Positions 37,563 through 50,348 of a stretch of 64,000 nt of DNA are shown here, one piece after another (the first letter of the stretch is position 1; every line of letters starts with the position of its first letter). Source of the stretch: Ramazzottius varieornatus (Eukaryota > Animalia > Tardigrada). The stretch covers positions 403,378 through 467,377 of the forward strand of contig BDGG01000014.1 of NCBI GenBank assembly GCA_001949185.1, read 5' to 3'. The notes beneath the pieces are model-generated. The model saw nothing but the letters and a program-made list of their open reading frames with translations. It was not told the DNA's origin and did not search any database. Position numbers and translations under genes: made by a program.

Positions 37563-38494
37563 CTAGACCAAGTTGAGAAAGTCCTGCGTGGGCGGGTCGG
37601 TGCAAGGAGTCAGGTCGGTGCGGAAAACCGTCACTTGCAAATCAGCCTTGCTCATGCAGTAGGGCCTTAGCCTGATGTCGATAACGTGATCAATCTTGTT
37701 CTTCTCAGCCGCAGTCAGTTCGTTGGGATGGACCCGAACATTAAGAAAGATATTGGGGTCGTCGCAAACGCCGGTGACAGTATTTAGCTTGTTGCAGATG
37801 TAAGCAGTCTCGAAACCAGTGGAACTTGGTAGTACAGGACCAGATACACTAAAAGTGGCCGAATGCTGAAACAAATACGAACAGATATGAACATTGTTAC
37901 GTACGGCCTGGATATAAAGGGATACTTACAAGGGTTATTCCCACCGTTGGCCGCGTCGAAGTGCTGAAGAAACGCCACTCCATCCAGCCTAGACAGAAAG
38001 TCGATAGTCTGGTAGTCACCCACCCTCTGGCCGTTACCAGATAGAGTGGTGTGTTGGTACAGTTCGGCCATGTGGATAGCCACCGTTGTCGTTGCGGGTA
38101 GACAGACCGGCTCCAAAAACACCGTGTTGTGGAAGAAGGCGATGTACACCTGCTCGTTGACGGACTTGCTCCTGTACTCAAAAAAGACTCCCACTTTCTG
38201 CAAAAAGACAATATATGTAAACAGTAGGGTTGATGCAGTAGTCTGCCTGTCCACTCGTGTCTTACTTACGTCGCGCTGGTCGGTCGGTACGGTGTTAGTG
38301 ATTATGTTGGGCAAGCAGCCTTTGTTGGATGTTGGGAACCCGGAAGCCGGTGACTTGGTGGAGTTGGTGGTTGGTGACACTTGAACATATTCACCGTAGG
38401 CTCTAGCAGAGATGTCAAACTGACCAAGAGACAGATGCGAGTCAAAGCACGAAGTCGGTATTCTTATGAAGAAAATAACTTTGTTGGCCTCCAT
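37563..38494 (-). CDS. Orphan multi-exon gene or pseudogene, unknown product
   Basis: Protein-like segments separated by GTAAGT donors and pyrimidine-CAG acceptors (38494-38270, 38197-37930, ~37865-37563). The last junction is out of phase by eye. No recognised domain. Confidence 0.45.
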
Positions 38495-38706
38495 GTCTGT
38501 GCTTGTCAAGCGCTACACTCTACGCAGTTGTGCCGCGCAAGTCAGTTCTGGAGGGAGCTGGTGATGCACAAACTGTTTTGTCTGACATTTCTGTTAAAAA
38601 ATATGGATAAAAGCCATGCTGAGCTGACGAAGTCCAATCAAATCATTGAATCCCGAGTGAATGGCTCATTACAAGGGAATTAACAGCTTTCTCTGCAAAC
38701 AAAGAT

Positions 38707-39074
38707 GGGTCGGTTTGGCTCGAACAAAATCCTGGCCGCCAATGAAGAGTCCGGGAAGGAGGGCGTACGCACCGTACAAGCCTGTCACGATGACGTAAAG
38801 TAACTTGGTCGAAATTTCTGATTGGTCACAAGACGATCAGCTGATCGGCTGACGCGTTCTTCTAGCGCCGCATGGCATGCTTTCGTGAATTAATGAGAGT
38901 GTGTTAGTGCGCAGTTTGGAAAGAGCGTCGTCGCAGTCGACCCGCTAATCGTTCTACGGTCAATCAGAAGTTTGGATCAAAGAATTTTACGTCATCGCGA
39001 CAGGCTTGTGCGGGGTGTACGCTTTTCGTCCGGAACTCCGCAGTGGCGTTCAAGATTTTTGAGCCAAACCGCCT
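38707..39074. mobile_element. MITE with ~95 bp imperfect TIRs
   Basis: cggtttggctc..gcgtacgcaccgtacaagcctgtcacgatgacgtaaa vs tttacgtcatcgcgacaggcttgtgcggggtgtacgc..gagccaaaccg. Confidence 0.8.
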
Positions 39075-39771
39075 CACCTCAATTTGTAGGAAAACTCTTC
39101 TCTATCTACCGTCCTAGTTCCTGACTCGGAGCTGGAGTACAGACGTAATTCCCTGTCATAATTCCCAGTTGCTGACAGCTCCTGCTGAGTTTTTGTCAGA
39201 TACGAGGTTCGCACTTGGGTCGATGAGCAGGTAATGGTGTCAGCGTCATTGTTCACACCGAAGCTCAGACACTTCTTTTTGCATCGAGGCGCGCCATCGA
39301 TCTATAAATGGAGGTCAGTGTTCGCAAAATCAGTTCTATTCAATGAAATTGTATGCTGGTTCACCACAGCTGCTGACTGGACGCAGTCTTACTTTCCGTC
39401 GGATCTTGACGAGAAAGACCTTGGCTGAGACAAAATAACAAACCATACATTACAGCGATCATTGCACTCGATCTGTTAATCTAGGTAATATGGTGAGTCC
39501 GAAGTCAAGTTCCGGATCTGGGACGTGTCCTAGAGACATGTCAAACTTGCCTGCTGGTACAGCCGTTCACGTTTGTGTACTTTTGATAAAGCTAATTAGA
39601 ACTCACTCATAACTCCGAAAACGAAATGCCATCAAATCGTCCAAGATCAGTCAAAGGTTATTTGAGATTATAACAGCTCGAAACTTCTAAAAGACCGCCT
39701 GTGGAAGGAATTAATTTTTCCTGTCTGATAATTGGTCATCTAACATATACGGGAGTCCCGGAAGTCAATAT

Positions 39772-39914
39772 AGAGATTAACTTGCCACTCCCGTTCAGTT
39801 TGCAACTGTAGCTACGGCCTTGCTCCGCCCCTTTCGTGACGTGTAACTACATTTTGCTTTCCGGAGCTCCCCTTACTTTCGAAAAATAGCGTAATTGGAG
39901 TTACGGTTGGCTAG
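39772..39914 (+). repeat. Dispersed ~140 bp repeat, copy 2
   Basis: Direct-orientation match to 36805-36946. Confidence 0.85.
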
Positions 39915-42127
39915 CATTGGGAAGCATGGTGGCTGCCCAACTATTCAGAGTTCTGATCAGCTGCTGCGCTTATGAGTGACGTTGCAACTCATCTTAGCTA
40001 CCGTGGGACTTTCATCTGACGGTGGCAACTTGATGTTTGTATTCTCTGACGATGTGAGGGCAGACGAGAGCGGTAGCGTCCGAGCGACCGCATAACGCCA
40101 AGCGCTTTCTTGTAAGCTTGAAAAACTCTACGCTTTTGCGAGCCTCGCTGAGCTACTAGTTGCAGGACACCCCCTGAAGTCCACTCTGCGCTTTCAGACT
40201 TGCGTGAGTCTGCTGAGAACTGTCTAGCTGCTGATAATTGGCCTTCGTTCCGAAGAACGGACGCATTGCCGTCAAACGTGTAGCTACTGTACCGCTTACC
40301 AAAAAGAAACCATCACCCGCTTTTGTTTTTTGTTGCTCAATTCCCTTGTGAAAACGAAGGGTAGAAGTTCAGCCTACTACTTCGCGTTCGGATTCGTCAA
40401 AGTTAGATTGACCAGGGTGTTACTTTAGCGATCGTACCTTGAAGTGTAAGGGTAGTCAAACGGGGTGTAAAAGTGTAACCATAGAGGTTTGTTTCCTCAC
40501 AAATTCTGAACAACTTCGTTAGCGAACTTGAGTGAGCTTGTCTCCTTGCTTGAGAATGTAACGTTTCCGGTTTCACTTGGAGTTCTGGTCGTGGACTTGA
40601 GCTGGTTTCCTTTCCGGATAGTTCTTCCCCAGTGCGGACACGCCTGTACAAATTATCTTCTGAATAATCGATATTGTTGTACACGTACGACGAGAAATTA
40701 ATGGGACAGTATAAACTATGGTGCAGGCGGAAAGGACAGCAAAATGAAAAAGTAACCGTGAAAAAGCGCGAAGCGAGCCGAAGACGAGCGAACAGCTTGT
40801 TCAACTCGAATCTTCAGTTCATAAAAGCGGAGCGCAGCAATCGATACGAAACAATTTTGAGGAATTTATGGCTGTGCATTAACAGCAAGTTTTTCGAAAA
40901 GTGTCGGACATAATGTATTCCATAATTTTACTCCCTGGTCAATGGCCGAGGACTATGGAGCCATGTGTGCCAAATTTATAGCAATATGAATTTCCAGACT
41001 CCAGGTTCATAAAAGGTGGATCACAATACGGTGACGCTCTCCGATAACAACTATGATTAAAATTAGTGACAGCATCTTCGTTCTTACCGGTTCGGCGATA
41101 CTGCAGTATGTAGCCGCTCTCTGACTTCGGTGTCACACATCATACGCTACCAGTTTTGCCGAAACGCTTACGCAAAGAACACGCAACAGTATTCTTCATA
41201 AAGTTTTGTTGGAATTACTGAAAAAGAGTCTACGCAATGACACAATATGTTCACATGAGTTAAAATTCCGTACAACAGAAATGCATAAATAGTGGCTACA
41301 TATGAGTGATAAAAGATGTGAGAGAATAACGATAACGCTAAATCCAACAAGGAAGTACATGTCGAGTACTGTGATCGTATACCAGAATATCGAGTAGGAT
41401 ACAGATCAACTTAAACAGGTGAGAAGGTGTACTGTAACAACTGATGTACCGACAAACAAGGACGTGCACGTTTCGGCTAGATCTTGTGACTGAAGAAGCG
41501 CCATCTAGATTAAGTGGGCAAGAGCAAATACAGCTTCTCTCCTGCGCGGAAGCCGGTAACGATGAGAGCGATGGGAAGTGTACAGCTGTAGGAAAGGAGA
41601 GTGACTGCCAGCGTACGTGCCACACGAGGTTCAGCACGGCATTGACAGACGGCGCTTTCAACCAAGAAAAAACAATATTCCAGAAGGATACGAGAAACTT
41701 CAAGTATATCCGTCTGTCAAGTCTTCGGAGTAAGTTTCCCGTAGCTCTAAAACCGAGAACCTGAAAACCATATAAACACTGTCAGTTTTGCTGGTTACCT
41801 TCAGGTGATTATTTTTCGGTGTCTCGCCCAACTCAACGATCAGCCAATCAATCGCTCCACTTTCCCGGATGGTAATTGGGCTGAAAGACTGAATTGAATG
41901 GTTGTAAGATTCGGTAACGAGTTTAAAGATGCTCGACGATTTGCTCTAAACTAATGCAATGAATCCGTCAGTCAGTCGATGTGGCTGACTGACTAACTGC
42001 CCACTTTTCCGAGAGTCGGCACTACCTTGTGGACGATCGATAAATTATGCTTATTTTTTCGCTGCATACCAATAGTAATAGCTTACCAATGATGTCTGGA
42101 ATAAAAATGGCTGATGAGCCTGGGGCT

Positions 42128-43270
42128 TTAGTATAGACCACTACTCTTGAGGTTATTGGCAATGATGACATCGGTGACAGCATCAAAGACAAACTGAATG
42201 TTGGTGGTGTCAGTAGCGCAGGTCATATGGCAATATATTTCCTTGTCAGGTCCCTTATTCTTGGCTTCGAACCGTGCTTGGATATAGCTGGCCGCTTCAG
42301 CGTAATCCTGACTGCCAGTGTATTCTGGAAAGCAGATGGTCAAGGGCGACTTGCGAATCTTCTCAACGAAGAGGTCCTTCCTGTGAAAGTAACGAAACGG
42401 CATTGATAAAGGAAGCACTCGAATATGGAAAGAAAAGATTTTATACTGTACTGACTTGTTCAAAAAGAGAATGATGGAAGTTTGCGTGAACCATTTGTTA
42501 TTACAGATGGAGTCGAACAACTTAAGGCTCTCCTGCATCCGATTGGTCGTTTCATCCTCGTGCAGCACCTGGTCGTACTCGCTCATGCTGACACAAAAAA
42601 TGATGGCTGTGACGTCCTCAAAGCAATGGATCCACTTTTTCCGCTCGGAGCGTTGGCCCCCCACGTCGAAGAGCTTAAAGTGGAGGCCTTTGAAGGAGAA
42701 CTGCACTTCGACGATGCCCGTCGTCTTGACACGTGTCCGCAGGATGTCTTGCTCGGTGGGACTGTAGTCTTTCTGCCCTAAGCGGTCCAGGTCGTCCAAA
42801 AAGTACTTTGCGGAATCATTGAGCTGATACTCGTTGGAACGGCTAAAGGACTCTTGGACGGCTGGATCGGCCCATAGACGCTTCATGGCCGCTAGCAAGT
42901 CGTCCGAGAAGGGCTCGACGTCTTCCATACGCGCAATGGTGTCCATTACCTGTTGTGTGTCGGCACGGAACTGTTCGCCCCTGCCAGCGGGGATGTTTAA
43001 CGTGGCCATAGCCCGTAGGATGGCCGCCATGGATTGTGTGGTGTTGGAATAGACGACGGGCTTGTACTGCTTACAGTCCTCGGCGGTGAAACCACTCTCG
43101 TGGATAATCTTCATCTGCTTGACAATGGTTGATTTGCCTGATTCACCCGCGCCCAGCAAGAGTAACTTGATATCACGGTCCGCTTGCAGCTTGTCCTCCC
43201 GTAACTGCTTCTCAATGCCCTTGGTCCGTATCTGGGCCGCTCGTTCTTCCTGACTGACTGTACACCCCAT
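42128..43270 (-). CDS. GNAO1: Heterotrimeric G protein alpha subunit, Go type (355 aa after removing one 75-nt intron, 42381-42455)
   Basis: MGCT N-terminus, [19 protein letters not shown], spliced NKKD, TCAT; Go-type stretches [10 protein letters not shown] and [11 protein letters not shown]. Confidence 0.95.
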   Translation of the reverse strand: MGCTVSQEERAAQIRTKGIEKQLREDKLQADRDIKLLLLGAGESGKSTIVKQMKIIHESGFTAEDCKQYKPVVYSNTTQSMAAILRAMATLNIPAGRGEQFRADTQQVMDTIARMEDVEPFSDDLLAAMKRLWADPAVQESFSRSNEYQLNDSAKYFLDDLDRLGQKDYSPTEQDILRTRVKTTGIVEVQFSFKGLHFKLFDVGGQRSERKKWIHCFEDVTAIIFCVSMSEYDQVLHEDETTNRMQESLKLFDSICNNKWFTQTSIILFLNKSVQYKIFSFHIRVLPLSMPFRYFHRKDLFVEKIRKSPLTICFPEYTGSQDYAEAASYIQARFEAKNKGPDKEIYCHMTCATDTTNIQFVFDAVTDVIIANNLKSSGLY

Positions 43271-45055
43271 CTTGAAGAAATTCAGGGTGAGACCAAGGAA
43301 AACGACAACACGATGAAGACCCGAGATCCCAGCAGATGGAACAATATAGATCAGAGATTAAGTGTCAAAAAGTGCAGAAAAAGGTATCATGAGAACCAGA
43401 GAGCCTTTTTTCCAGAAAGGTGTGGGTGGATAATTATTAGTTTTGGGCAGAAAGGATGACGAGGATGGAGAAATCATAATGTAGCCCGCTGTGGCACAGT
43501 ATAGGGAGAAGACAGCGCCTGCATTTGTCCGCACGGGCTGCATTGAGGAAAAAGCGAACGGCTGCTGCGGCGTGTGTGCCTTTCTCCGACGGCAGCTCCG
43601 GCAATGCAAGCCTTGGTTTTAGTTCGAGGCTTTTTCTCCGGCTGGATCGATACAATGTTGGAACAACATGCGCCCATTGCAATGTTCACTCATCGACTTG
43701 AGTGCTTTCTCAGATCGATAATCAGGCAGTGGTGGTGCTGGAGCTCTTCCTGGCGCAGGATCGAAAGACACAAGGCCCGAGTCTGTCTACATCTCCTCCG
43801 CCTTACTTCCTCCTCTCTCCCTTTCCCTTCCAGCTTCAGCCGACCAAGCTATCCTGCTGTCTATCGAGCCTCCACCAAGGGTGAACCGATACGCCGCTGT
43901 TCACGTTGACCAATTTTCACGTAAGCGTCCGACGAACCGTCGCTGAATATCTTTTTTCGATATGTGACGACATGATTTTTTCGATGGGAAAAATCGATTA
44001 TACTCGATTAGAAGAGAGCAAAGGTTTACGGGTTCGGGAGAATAAGTCTGCGACTACTTGTACAGTTGTATTATGTGTGAGGGAAATGGCAGACCAACGA
44101 TTCAGGCCCGTTGTAATGCAAATCCCAAATATATTGAGCTGTATCCACATCGCGTTATCGATCGTTTCTGGCCGGATCGCTTGTAAGTGCGCACTGTTCA
44201 CTGCGCTAATGTTATGCCGGAGATCAATGTTACACTATCCGAAACATTTGTACCGCTCCATGGTGGATTGTACTTTAATGCAGTGGTGGAGGCTGTGAGA
44301 AACTTCAAAAAAGAGTCCAGGGGAGAAGTCAGGAGCTATTCTGGGCGACATTAGTACTGGCACATACCACAGTACCAGACCGCAGGCGTTGAAGCGAACT
44401 CCTACGATCCACTGAAATTGTGCATGCACCCTATCAAACGTCTACCCGTCCTACGACATGCAAGACTAATCTAGGAGGAGCCGCGCTACCAACGAGAAAA
44501 AACGTTGGCTGAATGAGGGAAGCCGAGAAGACATTAGTTGTCAGAGAGGCGCACTCCGGAAGGCTATGGCAGATAACACGAGCAGACAACTTCCGTATAC
44601 TTTCCGCTTTCGTCGGTGGACTGATGACACTGTGCGTGGTTCCTATTGGATCGGAAGTGCATCTCTATACACATGATTTCGGCCTTGCTCAGTGTCATCT
44701 GGATAATAGCACATCCGCGGATAGGGAAACGCGAACGTGCATCAAACAAAGACAAAGTACCGGGCCGTAACTTGAGCGGTAACGGTTACCGGTTACCAGC
44801 GACTACATGCATGACATCACTCAATGGCAACCGTAAGAGCGAGGATGACATCACAAGATGATATCAAAGCATTGCGCGGGGTTTGATTGTTGATTGTTCT
44901 TGTGGGAAAGTACAAAATTTTTCATCATTCCGTTGAATCCGTTCCCAAAGTTTCTGCATTATTACCTCCTCTCACCCTTCGCTCCTCCTGCAAATTTTAG
45001 ACGTCTTGCCGAAGAGAGTACCTGGGTCCTGTGGAACCCAGCTTCAGTCGTGGAA

Positions 45056-46024
45056 ATGGATGTGGTCATCGAGCAGCCCATCTCGCCTTCCTTGCCAGAC
45101 GTCTCCACCTTGATCCATCACATGCCTTGCAACATCGCGCATAGCGGCGAAGCTTCAGTATCCGACTTTTTCCTCACCACGATCGATACAGAAGAGGCTT
45201 TTTCAGCAGGTAAAATACTGCTCAAGAACATTCAGTGCTGAAACCAAAACCTACTAGACTATAATCAGTTCTTACAGAATCTCTCTCCGTAGGTGTCGAT
45301 GGCGTTACGGAGAACGACAAATCTCTTGTCGCTAGCCACCATTTCTCCGCTTCCTTCCGTGGACGTCCCTTGAACGGAACCCAGCTAGATCTCAGGCCAA
45401 ACTACACAGGTAACTCCTTGTCCGTAGCAGAGAAGATAGCTGCAGAAGAAACGCCAGAAAACCACAACAGAAAACGAAGCTGAAATTTTCGCACAGCCAA
45501 ATCAACAATCAACACGCTTGATCTGGCATATCACGTGCTTTCAGTAATCTAACCGGAGTCACGTGGTTTCGACATTCGGTGTTTAGGCGACATTGTGCTA
45601 CATGCTTCTCTGTCACGGTTGCTACAGTGGTTTGAGGTATGTAGGTCTGTGTCGTGGACCGTCTCGCTGCTTCACAACGCTGTTTTTGCTTCCAGGTCTG
45701 ATCCTCGAACAGTCATCGAAAGAAAACCGCCTTACCTACGACCGTCAATCTTCCGAAGAATCTCGTGCGTGTAACACATGGAAGCCGGTGGCTAAATTCC
45801 AGTCGTTAACGTACTGGAACTGGGATAAGAAGCCCTCGAACGACGATAGCATCCAGCAAATGCTGCAGTGGGCTCGTCTTTCCGAAGCCGTAAGTGACTA
45901 TTACTTCCGCGGAACTCACATTGGATCATCTGTAGCAGCTGTTTTTTGTTTTCAGCTGAGCAGGTCAGCGCGGGGCGAACAGAGCCACCCTGAACACTTC
46001 GTTGATTCCGATACAGAATCATAG
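45056..46024 (+). CDS. RNASEH2C: Ribonuclease H2 subunit C; 4 exons
   Basis: Exons 45056-45209, 45293-45409, 45696-45889, 45956-46024. Motifs IHHMPCNI..GEASVSDFF, ASFRGRPLNG, FQSLTYWNWDKKPSNDD..MLQWARLSEAL. Confidence 0.88.
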
Positions 46025-46235
46025 TGTGAGACTGAAAACCCTTCAAGTTTCCCGCTTTTACATTCTTACTTTCGTTCCTTTTCTGTTTTTAGATTTATTT
46101 TCATTGATAGTGCTTCGTAGAACAATGGCCTTGATCCACATCACGAGAATAACCCGCTGAGGGTTTTGTTTTTGAAATTTAGAGACACTGGTGGGAGTCA
46201 AAGACTCGTACGATGCTGCGTCCATCCAGTCGTTC

Positions 46236-46919
46236 TCAGCGTCTTCCAAAGAGTTTGCTCAGGAAACTTTTTGAGGTAGTGGTTTCGACGATAGGTGTCG
46301 GCAGTCCTCGAATGCGGCAATCCGTACATTCAGGGCGATCTGATGGGTTTCGCACTTGTCCATGATCCACCCCCGAAGAGCCTTGTCCGAATAGCGTATC
46401 TTCCACTGGACGTTCCGTCGAACCGGTACGGCTAGGGCGATCGATGTCGCTGTTTCGGTTTCGCGACGAGAAGGACGAACCGGACAACCGGTCCCGATCA
46501 GAGGAACTCGAGGAACGATCCCGATCCGAGCTCGAAGAACGGTCGCGGTCGGTACGATCAGGCTGTCCTCGGCTGGAGCTCGAAGAGCCGCTGGTGCCGA
46601 AGTCATGGTCCAGACCGTTCATGTCCATACTGCGATCCGATCCCGGTCCGAAAGAGGCACTGGTATCCCTTCGGGAAGGTCCCGAACGACTGTTCGAGCC
46701 TTGTCGTTCGCCGAAAGGATCATCGGGCGTGGGTATGAAGGTGCTGGAACCGCTGAAACGACCAGCTTTGGACGCACTACCTTGAAATCGCCCGCCATTG
46801 ATAAAGCTGCCTCCGGAACCACTGAAATCGGTATCGGGACTGAAGTAAGTTGCGCAATGAGCAATTTGGATGAGAAGAAAAATCCTTAAAGAGACAGGGA
46901 TGATACAAACACGCGCCAT
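46236..46919 (-). CDS. Secreted Ser/Gly/Arg/Asp-rich low-complexity protein (227 aa), orphan
   Basis: Single ATG-initiated ORF; signal peptide MARVCIIPVSLRIFLLIQIAHCA; DRDRSSSS repeats; CTDC; ends FLSKLFGRR. Confidence 0.7.
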   Translation of the reverse strand: MARVCIIPVSLRIFLLIQIAHCATYFSPDTDFSGSGGSFINGGRFQGSASKAGRFSGSSTFIPTPDDPFGERQGSNSRSGPSRRDTSASFGPGSDRSMDMNGLDHDFGTSGSSSSSRGQPDRTDRDRSSSSDRDRSSSSSDRDRLSGSSFSSRNRNSDIDRPSRTGSTERPVEDTLFGQGSSGVDHGQVRNPSDRPECTDCRIRGLPTPIVETTTSKSFLSKLFGRR

Positions 46920-47347
46920 TTTTTATGCCAGTAAATTTGTCTCAACTATCAGTAAATGAAAAAGGGACAATGTCTAAAGCGAGTGATATCGAAAAATGCC
47001 AAAGAATTTGTCGTGTGGCCGGAACCTGGTAGAAACACTAACTGAATGTTGGCCGGTCCCTCTGCAAAGTAACTGGAAGGCAAGACGGAAGTCGTGCATT
47101 CTTCGTGTTGTTTTTACCGCACTTGTCGGGCGAGTTTCATAAAGTTGTTTTTCTATTGTGCCAAAACCAGTTACGGAAAATTAGTCATGCAACATTCAAC
47201 ACCACGAAGACTTGTGACGCACAGCGACACAATATGCTGCATTATGCCTACGTGTAGAGAAAATAAAGGGAAAATTTATGCTAAAGTGATTCGTATGACA
47301 CAAATCAAAACAAATTGGACGGTCGGAGGGGAAACAAAGAAATGTGG

Positions 47348-48659
47348 TCAGCGTCGTGTAACTCTGACTTGCTTCTCCCGAGCTTCTTTCAGCTTCCTCA
47401 ACGACATAAATGTTGCTCGGGGATCGCGTTGCTCAAAACTAGAATACTTCCCTATATCATACGCCCCAGGACCAGGAAGCTGTGTTTCGGTCCACAGCGA
47501 CACAGTCCTGCTCTGCCTGGGTTTCACTATAGACGGACCATGCCTCAGTTTCGCCAAGGTCGACTTTACCGGAACCTCCACCGTCTCTTTCGGCGGCTCC
47601 ACCACCGCTCTGGTCAGTTGCTCCAATAAATTATTCATCTCGATTTTCTCCAACCCAGACCTCCGCATCCTTGGCCCAGTGTATCGTAACGAGCTCGTTC
47701 GCGCAGCTTTCGGCTTAGTGGCGTCCACCCTAACATCATACGTCCATGCATGAGGTGAATTTCCCACCTGTATTTTAGGGAACCGCGGAAGTGGAGAGTC
47801 GAACGACGCACGAGCGGCGTTGATGTGGCGCTCGGCTTTGCGAGGTAAGGTGTAGCGCGTGGGAGAAGGGACGCGGTACTTGGGTAGTTTGTGAATGACA
47901 ACTGGAGTGTGCTGACGCGAACGTGGGTTGAGCTGGGCTTTCTTGAGTGAAGTCCGGTCGATGTTGTATTGACCGACTGATGGAAGGACTAGTGCTGATT
48001 GAGTTCGGGTTGGGAAACGGTCGACGCGCGAACTGAAAGCAGAAGTTGGTTTGGTCTTCTGTGTCAAGAGATCGGAGAGTTCTTTCTGACAAAGAAGGCG
48101 GGGTGTGCACGGAAGGTCTTGGCCGAATTTATCGGAGGGTTTGATACGACACGCACTGAAGGAGGATCTTGTAGGTCCGAAGGAAGGCTTTGATATCTAA
48201 AACGGCCACAAAGCTGAAATGAATTTCGCAGAGGTTGGAAACTAAACTTTGAAGGTTACTTGTAACTTTGGCTGGCAGTGTGGAACGGATTTACTGGCCG
48301 GGATAGTTGTACCACCGCGACGGCAAAATGTGGAGGGTATGGCGGGTTTCCGCGAAGGGATGGACGGTGCCTGAAGATGGCGCGATAGTCGATTCCCGGG
48401 TTTGGGATGCAACATGGCTTGACCGGAATATTCTTAGGTAAAGTCAACTGTGATAAAAAGCATTTCTTGATTCGGTTACCAGGGATAAAAGAACGCAAAA
48501 AAGCCTGAAAGAGAGGGAACTGCACACCAGGTGGACCGGAAGTAAGTCTCGGTGAAGATCTGTTGATCGCGATGACGTCAACCACAGGCGGGTCCACTGC
48601 ACAGATTGCGAAAACACAAACGGAGATTTCAAACTTCGCGTACGGTTCACCAAAACCAT
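47348..48659 (-). CDS. Sperm-tail PG-rich (SHIPPO) repeat protein, STPG/ODF3-like; multi-exon
   Basis: PGPGAYD, PSVGQYN, PSPTRY and SPHAWTY repeats; SAFSSRVDRF, ASFDSPLPRF; APSIPS in an upstream exon. 5' exon structure approximate. Confidence 0.7.
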
Positions 48660-48873
48660 CCACTGAACGGCAGGTCAGCCAGCCAGCCAGGGCATATCAG
48701 CACATGACATTGCTGCCTATTGCACGTTTGTGAATTGTGGCTTCCACCCTTGATTGATATATTTCCGTAACGCTACCATTTTGGAGTTCTCGGTTTTCAT
48801 TAATTCTGGATTCTGTTGTTTTATTTCTCGATCTCCTGTTTCAGGCTTCAACCGAGCAACTGGATTCCTGTCG

Positions 48874-49967
48874 ATGGCGGAACAAGAGGCTATGGAAGTT
48901 GCGTCGGGTGCTATGGAAGCGATAAAGCGAAAGCTTGAGCATGACTTGCAAATGTCTGACGACGAGAGTGAGAAGGAGGACCGGAAGAAGTAAGACGTTC
49001 CATCGTAACGCTAAACACCTATCCTTCTTGCTTTAAAGTGTCTCTCTTCTAGTGAGCCAGAAAGCTCTGTGGTCTTGCCTATTTTTGGGAAAGATGACAC
49101 CGAGAGAGAACCCGCTCAGGTGGCGGATGTCCAGCCGGTGGAAGTGGTGGAAGCGAAGCCGGCGAGATTCATTCGGTAAAATTGTCTGCAAAACATTTTT
49201 TTTATTCTCTGCCACCATCTTATCTTGTCTTAGACGTATGGCGAAGATGGATGCTGCTGTGAAGGACACCGTGACCCACGGACTGAATGTTGCGGTAGCA
49301 GCTGAAAAGAGCAGAGTGACGGAGGAGGAGCTGGTGGAAGAGTTGCGGAATCGCGACTTGATCGAACGACTGAATCCCAAACAACTCGTTTCCCGACGTC
49401 AGCCATCTACGCTGCCTGAACCCGTGGTCGCAAAACGACGAGTACGACGTCGAAAGATTCTGTGAAGGAAAAGAACGCAGGTGAAGTCATCGACGTGGAT
49501 GGGAATGATGTGGAGATGCTTCCCGTCCTGACAATCCAGACGAGAAAAAAGGAGGGCGGAAGGGGAGGGAACTGAAAGGTAACGAGTCGGATGATTCGTG
49601 GACTGCGTCTGGACGGCCAGTCAAGAAGCCCCGTCCGAAAGCAGGCGCAACCGCGCCGATCAGCCAGGCACGGTCCGTCAGAGCCAGCGCGAGCAATCAA
49701 CTGAGACGACTCAGTCAAGCTAAGACGCGCGAAGTTTCCCTTCCGAAAACCGCTCCGATTAGACTTAACTCTCCAGAAATTCCCGTCCAGGTCTCGAGAT
49801 CAGCCAGAGTCACAGGTCAGAAGCGGGTTCTGGAGCTGGAGAAGATCGTGGAGATTCGGCAAGTCAGGCAGTACTTGGTCAAGTGGAAAGGCGAGAACGA
49901 AATGACTTGGGGATATGAGGACATCTTCAAAGGCACGAAGAGAGCTAAGTTCAGCTTCAAGCTGTGA
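48874..49967 (+). CDS. Acidic protein with a C-terminal chromodomain-like segment; multi-exon
   Basis: ATG at 48874; C-terminus LELEKIVEIRQVRQYLVKWKGENEMTWGYEDIF followed by TGA 49965-49967. Confidence 0.65.
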
Positions 49968-50348
49968 AATTGAATTCTTTCCCTTCCTTCCTACCTTTTC
50001 CGCCTATTTTAGCATTCTATTTGTTGTATTCAAGTTCGATATCCCAATGAATTGGGACAGCTTTCCCAATTCAGGAAATTCATTTTTGTGTTATTCTGCA
50101 ACGGCTGAGATCAGTTGGGTTTTAAGTTCCTTTCTCTACTTCTAAACTTTAACCTAGAAATTCCGGTCTGATACTTTTATGGAAATAACGGACACCTTTG
50201 CCGTCCTGTGATGGTAATTTTCGATAGAATTATCAGCTGGATGTAAAGAAGCAAGTCGCAAAAGAAAAAGCAGCGCAGATATTTTAGACAGTGGGTAAAG
50301 TCCAAAATAAATTTCCAGGCCAAGAAAACACCAAACTTCTGTCGGAAT

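Noticed and set aside
40400-41760. AT-richer stretch with short ORFs
   Set aside because: Frames are interrupted by many stops and no family is recognisable; cannot support a call.
47094-47753. 219-aa plus-strand ORF
   Set aside because: GTG start, antisense to the STPG-like gene, no motifs.
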